Shown one piece after another: positions 29,700-38,900 of a stretch of 64,000 nucleotides of DNA. Positions within the stretch are counted from its first letter, which is position 1. The number at the start of each line of letters is the position of its first letter. The DNA comes from an uncultured Prevotella sp. (GTDB lineage Bacteria; Bacteroidota; Bacteroidia; Bacteroidales; Bacteroidaceae): contig CAJOQT010000020.1 in NCBI GenBank assembly GCA_905236875.1, positions 8,981 through 72,980 on the forward strand, given 5' to 3'. The notes beneath the pieces are model-generated. The model did not search any database, was not told the DNA's origin, and was given only the letters and a program-made list of their open reading frames with translations. A program made the position numbers and the translations under genes.

Positions 29700-30725
29700 T
29701 TAGTCTGTAAAATCCACGAGAATGCGGAAAACCTTGCCGGGATTCTCGCTCCACCACTGCATGGTTGCAAGTGCCTCTTCGGGTTTGACGACTTTGGTGA
29801 TGAGGCTCGACGTCGGGCAGGTGCCCCGTTCGAGATAATGGATGACGGCACGGAAGTCCTGTGGCATGGCATTGCGTGAGCCACGGATGTCCAGTTCCTT
29901 CTGTACGAAGTACTTGGTCTGGAAAGAAACCTCGCTTTTGGCATAGCCGATACACACGACGCGGCCGGTAAAGCTGACCTCATCGACTGCCATCTGGTAG
30001 GTCTGGACACTACCCACAGCCTCGATGACCACATCGGGACCAAATCCGCCTGTCATCTCCAACAAACGACTGTGTACGTCGTCCGTGCGGGTATTGATGG
30101 TGTATGAAGCCCCCATCTGTCGTGCCAACGCCAGCTTATCATCGTCAAGGTCGGCAGCTACTACCGTGGCACCTCGAAGGGCAGAGCGTACGATGGCACC
30201 CATGCCCACCATGCCGCATCCAATGACCAGCACCACGTCAATGTCTGTCACCTGTGCACGACTGACGGCATGGAAGCCCACACTCATCGGTTCTATCAGG
30301 GCACAGGTCTTTGGGGTGAGCAAACCGGCTGGAATCACCTTTTCCCAGGGTAGCATAATCAGTTGCCTCATGGCTCCATGGCGCTGCACGCCCAGTGTCT
30401 CGTTGTGCTGGCAGGCATTGACTCTGCCGTTGCGACAGGCAGCGCATTTATTGCAATTGGTGTAGGGATTCACTGTCACTACCATACCCGGTTTCAGGCC
30501 TTCCGGTACATCACTGCCTACGGCCTCAATGACGGCTCCCACCTCATGACCCGGAATGACGGGGTCGAGTGCCATGGAGTTGCGTCCCATGAAGGTGTTG
30601 ATGTCTGACCCGCAGAAACCTACGTATTGGAGTCTGAGCAGTACCTCACCGCCTTTCGGTATCTGAGGCTCCTCTACATCAATGATGTTCAGCTGTTGTG
30701 TATGTGAAATCTGTATGGCTTTCAT
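29700..30725 (-). CDS. Zinc-binding alcohol dehydrogenase (L-galactonate dehydrogenase-like)
   Basis: GFCGSD, GHEVGA, CxxCxxC...C structural Zn, GCGMVG, KELDIRGSRNA. Confidence 0.88.
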   Translation of the reverse strand: MKAIQISHTQQLNIIDVEEPQIPKGGEVLLRLQYVGFCGSDINTFMGRNSMALDPVIPGHEVGAVIEAVGSDVPEGLKPGMVVTVNPYTNCNKCAACRNGRVNACQHNETLGVQRHGAMRQLIMLPWEKVIPAGLLTPKTCALIEPMSVGFHAVSRAQVTDIDVVLVIGCGMVGMGAIVRSALRGATVVAADLDDDKLALARQMGASYTINTRTDDVHSRLLEMTGGFGPDVVIEAVGSVQTYQMAVDEVSFTGRVVCIGYAKSEVSFQTKYFVQKELDIRGSRNAMPQDFRAVIHYLERGTCPTSSLITKVVKPEEALATMQWWSENPGKVFRILVDFTD

Positions 30726-30741
30726 ATTTTTATTTTTTTTA

Positions 30742-31626
30742 TTATTCTGACATGTTCTTTATGTAGGGCAGGTCGGGAAGGTGTTGGAAATCATAGAAAC
30801 GACGTGCATTGTCTCCCAGGAACATGGCTTTCTCCTCGTCGGACAGTTCCGGGCTCTTCTGTACGAAATCGTATGACATCTTATAGGTGATGGCCGTGAT
30901 GGTTCGCGGATAGTCGCTGCCCCACATCAGGCGGTCCATGCCCACCCAGTCGGCAGCCTGACGGATGCTGCGAATGGCGGAAGGGTAGGGGTAGAACTCC
31001 CGATGGAACAGCCATGTGATGCCGCCAGACTCTATCATGACATGTTCTCCCTCACGTGCCAGCATGACCTGTTGTTGAAATGCCTTGGTGGTCACCATGC
31101 CGAAATGTCCGATGGCGACCTTCAAACGGGGACACTCACGTATGACGTCGCGCATCTCACTGATCTGCGTGTCGTCCTCACCCAGGCACATGGACAGTAT
31201 CATGTTTTGTTCCTCCATATATTTAAATATAGGAATAAGACTAAGCAACGATTGCTGCATACGGTGACCAGGGAAGGCAATGCCCCGTAGTCCTGCCTCA
31301 TGCACGGCCCTGGCTTCGTCTGATGTCCATGCCATGCCCATGCAGAAGAATCGGTCGGGATACTGCTGCTGTACCTGTGTCAGGTAGGTGTTTTGGTTAC
31401 CGTCAATCAGCTCTTGTACCACTACGGCAGCTCCCACCTGGGCATAGTTCATGTTCGAGAGGAATACCTCTGCCGAGTTCACCCCGTCGGTCATGAAGGG
31501 TGGCAGCATCTGAACCTCTTCGTCCATGAAGATGCTCCTGCCGTTTTTGAGCGACAGGATTCTCCGTCCATCGACCCATGTGTCCTGTTTCAGCCACAAG
31601 TGACTGTGTGCATCAATAATTAGCAT
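30742..31626 (-). CDS. Amidohydrolase_2 family (sugar lactonase-like)
   Basis: IIDAHSH, IGHFG, RLMWGSDYP, FLGDNARRFY. Confidence 0.87.
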   Translation of the reverse strand: MLIIDAHSHLWLKQDTWVDGRRILSLKNGRSIFMDEEVQMLPPFMTDGVNSAEVFLSNMNYAQVGAAVVVQELIDGNQNTYLTQVQQQYPDRFFCMGMAWTSDEARAVHEAGLRGIAFPGHRMQQSLLSLIPIFKYMEEQNMILSMCLGEDDTQISEMRDVIRECPRLKVAIGHFGMVTTKAFQQQVMLAREGEHVMIESGGITWLFHREFYPYPSAIRSIRQAADWVGMDRLMWGSDYPRTITAITYKMSYDFVQKSPELSDEEKAMFLGDNARRFYDFQHLPDLPYIKNMSE

Positions 31627-31652
31627 AATGATGAATGATAAGTTCTGAATGA

Positions 31653-32600
31653 TCAGGAGTTGGCCCAAGTGACACGCTTCTGGTTGCCGATGATGTCTTG
31701 TACCTTCTTCACCAGTTCCCAGTCAGGCTCCTCGTTGGCCCATGCAATGTTACGTCTGACGTTCTCCGGGTTAGCCGACGAGAACAATGTGCCGGCGATG
31801 TGTGGGTTGCTGACGGCATACTGAATGGCCAGCCGTTCGATGGGATAGCCTTGTTCGCTACAGTATTGGGCGGCTTTGGCGCAGGCTTCCATCAGGGGTT
31901 TGGGAGCCGGATGCCAGTCGGGTACGCCACGGCTGGTGAGCAGTCCCATGGAAAGTGGTGACGCATTGATGATGCCGATGCCTTTCTCTTCGAAGTAGGC
32001 GGTATAATCCGTCAGCTGGTCATCGTTCAGGCAGTAGTGGCAGAAGTTCAGGATGCTCTCTACCGTACCTTCTTCCGAATGGTCGATGACCCACTTCAGG
32101 TTCTCCAGCTGCAGGTCGGTGATACCGATATGCCCCACAATACCCTTGTGTTTCAGCTCCGCAAGAGCCGGTAGTGTCTCGTCAACCACCTTCTGCAGTC
32201 CGCCAGGCAGCGCAGCCTGAAACTCTATGTCGTGGACATTGATGAGGTCTATGTAGTCGATGTGCAGTCGTTCCATGCTCTCATAGACGCTCTCTGTGGC
32301 TCTCTTGCCAGAGTAGTCCCAGGTGTTCACGCCGTCCTTACCGTAGCGTCCTACCTTCGTGCTCAACAAGTACTTGTCGCGTGGGATGCGCTGTAGGGCC
32401 TTTCCCAGTACAGTCTCTGCCTTATAGTGTCCGTAGTAGGGACTTACGTCGATGAAGTTGATGCCTTCCTCGACTGCCGTCTCCACGGCCTTGATGCTGT
32501 CTGTCTCGTTGGTCTCATGAAACACGCTTCCGAGCGATGAGGCTCCGAAGCACAGGTGGGAAATCTTCATTCCCGTCTTTCCTAATGGGGTGTATCTCAT
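31653..32600 (-). CDS. Aldo/keto reductase (L-galactose dehydrogenase-like)
   Basis: LGKTGMKIS, GINFIDVSPYYG, STKVGRYG, VHDIEF, NASPLSMGLLT. Confidence 0.9.
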   Translation of the reverse strand: MRYTPLGKTGMKISHLCFGASSLGSVFHETNETDSIKAVETAVEEGINFIDVSPYYGHYKAETVLGKALQRIPRDKYLLSTKVGRYGKDGVNTWDYSGKRATESVYESMERLHIDYIDLINVHDIEFQAALPGGLQKVVDETLPALAELKHKGIVGHIGITDLQLENLKWVIDHSEEGTVESILNFCHYCLNDDQLTDYTAYFEEKGIGIINASPLSMGLLTSRGVPDWHPAPKPLMEACAKAAQYCSEQGYPIERLAIQYAVSNPHIAGTLFSSANPENVRRNIAWANEEPDWELVKKVQDIIGNQKRVTWANS

Positions 32601-32676
32601 AAATGGAATATGTTGATAAATCTTGTCGTGTAATGATAAAAGCATAGATGAGTCGTCATGCAGAAAGAATGGCCGG

Positions 32677-33549
32677 TCATGTCTGAAGGCTGAGTATGGC
32701 GTCACGGCATTGTTCCATGAGCCATTTGGGTGTGCTCGTCGCACCACAGATGCCTACCGTAGAGACGTCTTTCAACCAGTTGGGGTCTATCTCGTCAGGT
32801 CCTTCTATCAAGTGTGTCTTCTTATTGACGCGCCGGCATTCCGTAAACAGTACCTTGCCGTTGGAACTCTTTCTGCCACATACAAAGAGTATCAGGTCGT
32901 GCTTGGCTGCAAACGACGAGATATTGGGCATACGGTTGGCGACAGAACGGCATATGGTGTCAAAGGAACGGAAGGTTGCGTCGGGGGAGATGTGCTGCTG
33001 GATATACTCCGTGATGCGATGGAACTCGTCCAGTGACTTCGTGGTCTGCGAGTAGAGGAAGATGTTATGGGTATAATCCAGCTTCTTCACCTCTTCGAAG
33101 CTTTCGATGACCGTAGCTGTGCCTTGAGTCTGTCCTACAAGTCCAAGAACCTCGGCATGTCCTTTCTTGCCGAAGATAACAATGGAAACCTCTCCTTCAT
33201 CCCCCGATGGGGCTTCATACTGTTTCTTGATACGTTTCTGCAACTGTAGCACCACAGGGCACGTAGCATCGATGATTTCGATATTGTTGTGTCGTGCCAG
33301 CTCGTAGGTCTCAGGCGGTTCGCCATGGGCACGCAGCAGTACCTTGACGTCGTGTAGCCGTGTCAGCTCCTCATGGTCGATAGTGACGAGTCCCAGCTTG
33401 CGTAGCCGTTCACACTCCATGCCGTTGTGTACGATGTCACCCAGACAGTAGAGCGTCTCGCCTGCTGCCAGTTCCTCTTCTGCTTTCTTGATGGCTGTCG
33501 TCACACCAAAGCAGAAGCCGCTGCCGCTGTCTATTTCAATCTGGATCAT
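32677..33549 (-). CDS. ispH: 4-hydroxy-3-methylbut-2-enyl diphosphate reductase
   Basis: GFCFGV, IVHN, RAHG, DATCPVV, SQTT, DTIC, SSN, GATSTP. Confidence 0.97.
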   Translation of the reverse strand: MIQIEIDSGSGFCFGVTTAIKKAEEELAAGETLYCLGDIVHNGMECERLRKLGLVTIDHEELTRLHDVKVLLRAHGEPPETYELARHNNIEIIDATCPVVLQLQKRIKKQYEAPSGDEGEVSIVIFGKKGHAEVLGLVGQTQGTATVIESFEEVKKLDYTHNIFLYSQTTKSLDEFHRITEYIQQHISPDATFRSFDTICRSVANRMPNISSFAAKHDLILFVCGRKSSNGKVLFTECRRVNKKTHLIEGPDEIDPNWLKDVSTVGICGATSTPKWLMEQCRDAILSLQT

Positions 33550-33561
33550 AGTCTTCTTATC

Positions 33562-33641
33562 ATGGGATTTATGGGGCGAATGGGGCGAATGGGGCTTATG
33601 TGACTCATAGGACTCATGCGCCTCATAGGGGCCCATGGGAC
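33562..33641. repeat. 9-mer ATGGGGCGA/ATAGGACTC array between meaB and ispH
   Basis: About 8-9 units with 9-bp period; same family as 16803-16860. Confidence 0.8.
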
Positions 33642-33642
33642 A

Positions 33643-34746
33643 TTATGGAGTTTTGAGGTTCTTGAAATAGGTCTCCAGCAGGTCGTTGGCTGCCGTGAAG
33701 CTGGTCTTCTGGCCAGCCAGCACAGTACGCTCGGCATCCGCCAGTCGTTGCCGTATGAGTGGATTGTTGTAGAAGTTCAGACGCAGGTGTTCGTTGATGC
33801 TCTCATACATCCAGTACTTCGACTGTTCATTGCGACGATAGTCGAAGTAGCCGTTCTGCTTCACAAAGTCGATGTACTCATAGATCATGTCCCAGATTTC
33901 CTTAATTCCCAGTCCGTAGAAGCCGCTATAGCAAAGTACTTTGGGTTGCCAGCCGCTCTCGGGCATGGGGAAGAAGTGAAGGGCATTGCGGAAGTTGGTA
34001 GCGGCCATGTGGCACTTGTCAACATTCTCGCCGTCACACTTGTTAATGACGATGCCGTCGCAAATCTCCATAATACCGCGTTTGATGCCCTGCAGTTCGT
34101 CGCCCGTTCCTGCCAATTGGATGAGCAGGAAGAAATCGACCATCGAATGGCAGGCCGTCTCACTCTGTCCCACACCAACGGTCTCTACGAATATCTTGTC
34201 GAAACCGGCCGCCTCGCAGAGGATGATGGTCTCGCGTGTCTTTCGAGCCACACCACCCAGTGAGCCGGCTGTCGGGCTTGGGCGGATGAAGGAGTCCGGG
34301 TGTGCCGCCAGCTTCTCCATGCGTGTCTTGTCGCCGAGGATAGAGCCTTTCGACCGTTCCGAGCTGGGGTCGATGGCCAGCACTGCCAACTTGCCACCTT
34401 TCTCGCGTAGCACGTGGATACCAAACTCGTCAATGGATGTTGACTTGCCTGCACCAGGCACGCCGCTGATGCCTACTCTGACAGACTTTCCACTGTAAGG
34501 CAGACATTTCTCGATAACCTCCTGGGCGCGTGCCTGATGGTCAGGATTGACGCTTTCCACCAGTGTTACGGCCTGGCTGAGTATAGTGATGTTACCCTTG
34601 AGGATTCCCTCAACCATCTCTGCCGGAGACAGTTCCTGGCGCTTGAAGCGCCTACGCTGTAGGTAGGGGTTGATGATGGACGGCTGTTCTACGCCGCTGT
34701 TCACCTGCAAGCCTGCATATTCGGCACTATTTTCAGGATGTTCCAT
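33643..34746 (-). CDS. meaB: Methylmalonyl-CoA mutase-associated GTPase MeaB (ArgK family)
   Basis: GISGVPGAGKST, LAIDPSS..GSILGDKTRM, VETVGVGQSE, GDELQGIKRG. Confidence 0.95.
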   Translation of the reverse strand: MEHPENSAEYAGLQVNSGVEQPSIINPYLQRRRFKRQELSPAEMVEGILKGNITILSQAVTLVESVNPDHQARAQEVIEKCLPYSGKSVRVGISGVPGAGKSTSIDEFGIHVLREKGGKLAVLAIDPSSERSKGSILGDKTRMEKLAAHPDSFIRPSPTAGSLGGVARKTRETIILCEAAGFDKIFVETVGVGQSETACHSMVDFFLLIQLAGTGDELQGIKRGIMEICDGIVINKCDGENVDKCHMAATNFRNALHFFPMPESGWQPKVLCYSGFYGLGIKEIWDMIYEYIDFVKQNGYFDYRRNEQSKYWMYESINEHLRLNFYNNPLIRQRLADAERTVLAGQKTSFTAANDLLETYFKNLKTP

Positions 34747-34755
34747 GTTCTTTTT

Positions 34756-34800
34756 GGGGAGTTAAGGGGAGATAGGTGGAGTTATGAGGAGTTAGGGGAA
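34756..34800. repeat. 10-mer GGAGTTAAGG-type array upstream of meaB
   Basis: ggggagttaa ggggagatag gtggagttat gaggagttag ggg. Confidence 0.65.
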
Positions 34801-34809
34801 ACTTCCGAT

Positions 34810-35916
34810 CTATTTAACGTTAATCGTAATGACGACCTTTGACTTGTCGGGATCGTTGGTAATCATCAGTACACGTGGTTTGCTTCGTGCCCGTTTCAGG
34901 TCTTTTAGCACGCCGGTAATCTTCATCTTTGTCGATTCGCCCGGCTTCAGCTCACGTTTGGGCAGGGTGACCTTCAGACCAGCCGTGAACATCTGAAGCG
35001 ACGAGATGTTCAGCGGTGCATGGCCATTGTTGGTAAGGATGATCTCGCCCTTCATCTTCGACTTGCCGTTGAAGACGAGGTCCAGCTGTTCTGCCGACAT
35101 AGTCAGACGTGGTGCATTGGTCCTGTCCACGTCGGTGATGTGTGCGAAAGATGGTAACAGCACAGCAGCCACACCGATGTCGTTGCCCATGTTCACCCTG
35201 TCACCAGGGTTCTGTGCCAGGTAGATAGAGGTTTGCGTCAGTCCGTAGTCATGCAGCATCTCCGAATTGAGGGTGACGGTCATCTTTCCTGCGCGTCCGG
35301 GTGACAGCCGTTCAGGAGCCATCGTCGCTGTGAGGTACGGCGGCAGGTGCATAAGGTTCGGTTGACAGATAGCAGAACCTGCATTATAGATATGTATTTC
35401 CTGCACGGGGTGCTCGCCTTTGTTCACGTCGTCAAACTCCAGCTCGTTCTTGTCGATGCGCAGGTCGCCGATGGAAAAGATGTAATTGCCTGCGAAATCC
35501 TGCAGTTCTGCCATCACCACGCCCTTCATCTTCAGATAGACGGGCTTTTCCGAGCCGTTGCTATAGACCGCTGCCATCTTCTGGAAATGTCCCAGCTGAC
35601 GTGAGTCGTAGGTCATCTTGATTTCAAATTTCTGTCCGCCAGGGATGTCCGTCCTTGGATATTCAACCGACGTACAACCGCAGCTCACCTTCACGTCGCT
35701 GATGTGTAGCTTGTGGCTGCTCTTGTTCTGCAACTCGAAGACGGCCGTGACGGGACTCTCATAGCCCACCGGTCCACAGTTCACGTCACCTGTTATCACA
35801 TTCAGCTTCTGTGCCGAAGCGGTAAAAGGCAAAGAGGCAAAGAGGCAAAAGAGTAACAGACTCTTTGCCAACCTCAGTTCATACTGCTTTTTCCTCACAC
35901 TTCTATTTCTTTCCAT
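34810..35916 (-). CDS. DUF1573 (Ig-like) domain protein
   Basis: Signal peptide; F.L.N...L.I.DV..SCGCT motif; repeated Ig-like domains; ITNDP C-terminus. Confidence 0.85.
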   Translation of the reverse strand: MERNRSVRKKQYELRLAKSLLLFCLFASLPFTASAQKLNVITGDVNCGPVGYESPVTAVFELQNKSSHKLHISDVKVSCGCTSVEYPRTDIPGGQKFEIKMTYDSRQLGHFQKMAAVYSNGSEKPVYLKMKGVVMAELQDFAGNYIFSIGDLRIDKNELEFDDVNKGEHPVQEIHIYNAGSAICQPNLMHLPPYLTATMAPERLSPGRAGKMTVTLNSEMLHDYGLTQTSIYLAQNPGDRVNMGNDIGVAAVLLPSFAHITDVDRTNAPRLTMSAEQLDLVFNGKSKMKGEIILTNNGHAPLNISSLQMFTAGLKVTLPKRELKPGESTKMKITGVLKDLKRARSKPRVLMITNDPDKSKVVITINVK

Positions 35917-35960
35917 TTTTGCTTGTTGCCTTTATTTTTTATTCTTTTACTTTTTCACCT

Positions 35961-38900
35961 TTACTTTTTCACCTTTAACACCATCGACTTGGTCGTCGCA
36001 CGGTATTCGGGAGAGTAGGCACACTGTACGGCACAGGTTCCCGTCTCGTATGTTCCCTCGCGGTCGATGTAGTATTCTGTCTCGATGACGTGCTTGCCCT
36101 TCGCCAACATGTCGTAATAGTAGTTGGTTGAGAAGTCCTTGGGCGAGCAGTAGGCTCCATTACGGTAGCCGCTCAACTGGCGTACCGGCTCCATGCAGGC
36201 TGCACGGCGGTCGATGACCTGTACGAAGTCGAGGTCACGCTCACTCTCGATGGTGATGCGAATCTTTACCTTGTCGCCGACTTTCAGCTGACCGCTGGCT
36301 ATAGTCCACTGGCCATTGTCGGAGACAAACAGCTCACGCTTGACGGTCAGTCCGCTGCCGGAAACCTCAATGTCGCTGACAGGCTGCATGAACTGGGCAT
36401 AGACAGCACCCCATGACGTTCCTGTAGATGTCTTGGTGGCGGTTAGCTCACGACCCTTGGGCTGTTCGATGGCGGTCTTCACATAGCCGATGCCCGCTGT
36501 TCCTGGCAGGTCGAGCGGCTTGCCGTCGATGGCAAGTTTCGTCTGTTCCTGTGCGTCCAGCAGACGGGTGTTGTCAAACAGGAAGGCATAGACGGCATTC
36601 ACACTGTTGATAGGCGTGTCCCAAGCCTGTGTCCGCTTCTCCTGCAACAGCCAGCGCTGCATCTCCTCGACGGTCTGCCTGTCTTCAGGGGTGATGACTT
36701 TCAGTGCTTCGATGGCCATGACCTCTGTGGGAATCTTATAGTCGTACCAGGAGTAGCCTGCACGCTGTGTGTCGTAGTAGCGGCCCTTTTCCTCCGTGAA
36801 GACGGTGTATTCCTTCAGGCTTTGTGCATATTCACGGCTGCGTGTCGTCTCTCCGTGCTTGGAGAGGATGATGGCCGAGAGTGCCTTCTCGTAGATGGTC
36901 TGGTTCTTGATGTCTTTCTTCATCTTCTTAATCAGGTACTCGTTGGCGGCCTTCACGTCCTTGGGCAGCGTGCGGCCGTCCAGGGCACAGATATAGAGGT
37001 ATTGCAGGGCCTTGAACGATGGGAATCCGTAGTCCTCGCCGTGCTTCTTCTCCCACTTCTTCATCTCATTGACTTCCTCCACGATTTCCTTGCCCATGAA
37101 TTCGAAAGCTTTGGTCAGCATGGACGCTGTCTCCTGCCGCTTGCCTGCCATGACGTTCAGTCGTGTCAGCATTTCGGTGATGCTGACCGTCATGTAGAAG
37201 CTTCCGTTCATGCCGGGCCACCAGCTCCAGGAACCGTTGCTGTTCTGCAGGGCACGCAGCTTCTTGGTGGCTTCCGCTACGCGGTTGTTAATAGTGTTCT
37301 CATCAAAGAAATCTGCCAGTCGCAGCTTCTGTTCGTTCTCATTGTCGGCATCAACCACCCAAGGTGTCTCCTGCAGCAGGATGTCCTTCAGCTCCTCGTT
37401 CTTCGAGAGGTTGCTGACCAGTGAGCCGTCAGAACTTACCTCACGCTTCCACTGCTCGAACACCGACTTGATGTTACCGCCCTGGGCAATGAGTGTTTTG
37501 GCGATAAGGTTGGAGTAGAGCCATGCTGCCTGGTCAATGGCATTCTCTTCGTAGGGAGTACCTACGGAAGGAAGTGCCTGTACCATCAGCCAGACGGGAT
37601 TGTTGGTGTATTCTACGGTCAGTTTCTGTCCGCTTGTTCCAGAGGGGAACAGTTGGGCGATGTTGATGGCCTTGGTGCCTGGCTCATGCTGGGTGAACGG
37701 GACGGTCACCGTGACGCGTTCCTGGTCTGGCAGGACAGCCAGATAATGCTGTTCACCGTCAGAGAAGTTCTTGCCGCTGGCCGATACCTGACAGATGTAT
37801 AACGTTGAGAGTTGAGGATTGAGTGCTGAGAGCTTCGTATCGATGTCGAATGTTACGGTGCCTGTCTCGCCGGCTTTCAGGCTGAACGGCTTGCTCTGCT
37901 TATAGAGCACCTTATTGGTCTCCGGGTCAAGCAGCTTCAACGTTGAAGTGCCGCTGACGGCATGGTTGGAGGTGTTGAACACACGTGCTGCCAGTTGTGC
38001 CTGGTCGCCTCTGCGCAGGAATCGCGGCATGTTGGGCTGTATCATCACTTCCTTCTGGGCTATGGCCTCACCTTCTATGTAGCCGTTCTTCATGTCCTGC
38101 GTCGTGGCAATACCCATAAAACGCCAGGTTGTCAGACTCTCCGGCAGGGTGAACTTGATGGCGATGCGTCCCTCGGCGTCTGTCGTCAGGGTGGGGTAGA
38201 AGAATGCTGTCTCGTTCAGGTTCTCACGCATCTGGATGCTGGCTCCCTCCTCTGTCTCTTCTGGAGTCTCCTCTGCCTCTTCGTTAGCACGTGAGACCTT
38301 CATCTGGGCATCCATGTCAGCCTCCTCTGCCATGTGCATGGGAACACTCTCATAGAGCACAGGCTCTACCCTGCCTCCGGCGGCTCGGCGTCTGACGCCG
38401 TAGCCCACCACCACTTCTTCATCATCGTCCATGTCGTAGATGCCCGTCAGTCGGTAGGCTGTGGAACTGAAGTGGCTGAACTTCAGATTATTTACGGGAA
38501 GTGACTCCCAGCTTCTCTCTCCGCTGCCTATGATGTAGCTCCAGCTGGAGCCCCGCCATGAGGTGTTGGGGGTGGGAGTGATCATGTAGGGCGTGAAAGA
38601 CCATTGGTGGGCGTAGATCTGTTCAAGTGACTTGTCATACATGGTCGCCATGAGTTGTGCGTCGGCTGGCGTGCCGTCAGGATTCAGCACCACGAGTTTC
38701 CACTCTTCCTTCTGACCAGGTGTCAGACGGTCACGGAAGGTCTCCCAGCGTACGGTCAGCTTCTTGTTAGGCAAGGGACGCTCGATGGTTTCCTGATGGG
38801 TGTAGAGTTTGTTGTTCTTGACCCAGGCAAAGGTCAGCAGCAGTCCGTTGCCGTACTCCTCGCTATAGGTCAGCTTTCTGTTCCAAAGGGCGTTACTCTG

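Noticed and set aside
32601..32747. Extended N-termini from the ORF track (AKR; also folB to 16944, hflX from 22508, DUF4954 from 24683, M6 from 19557)
   Set aside because: They overlap neighbouring genes or run through the promoter boxes; downstream ATGs match the family starts
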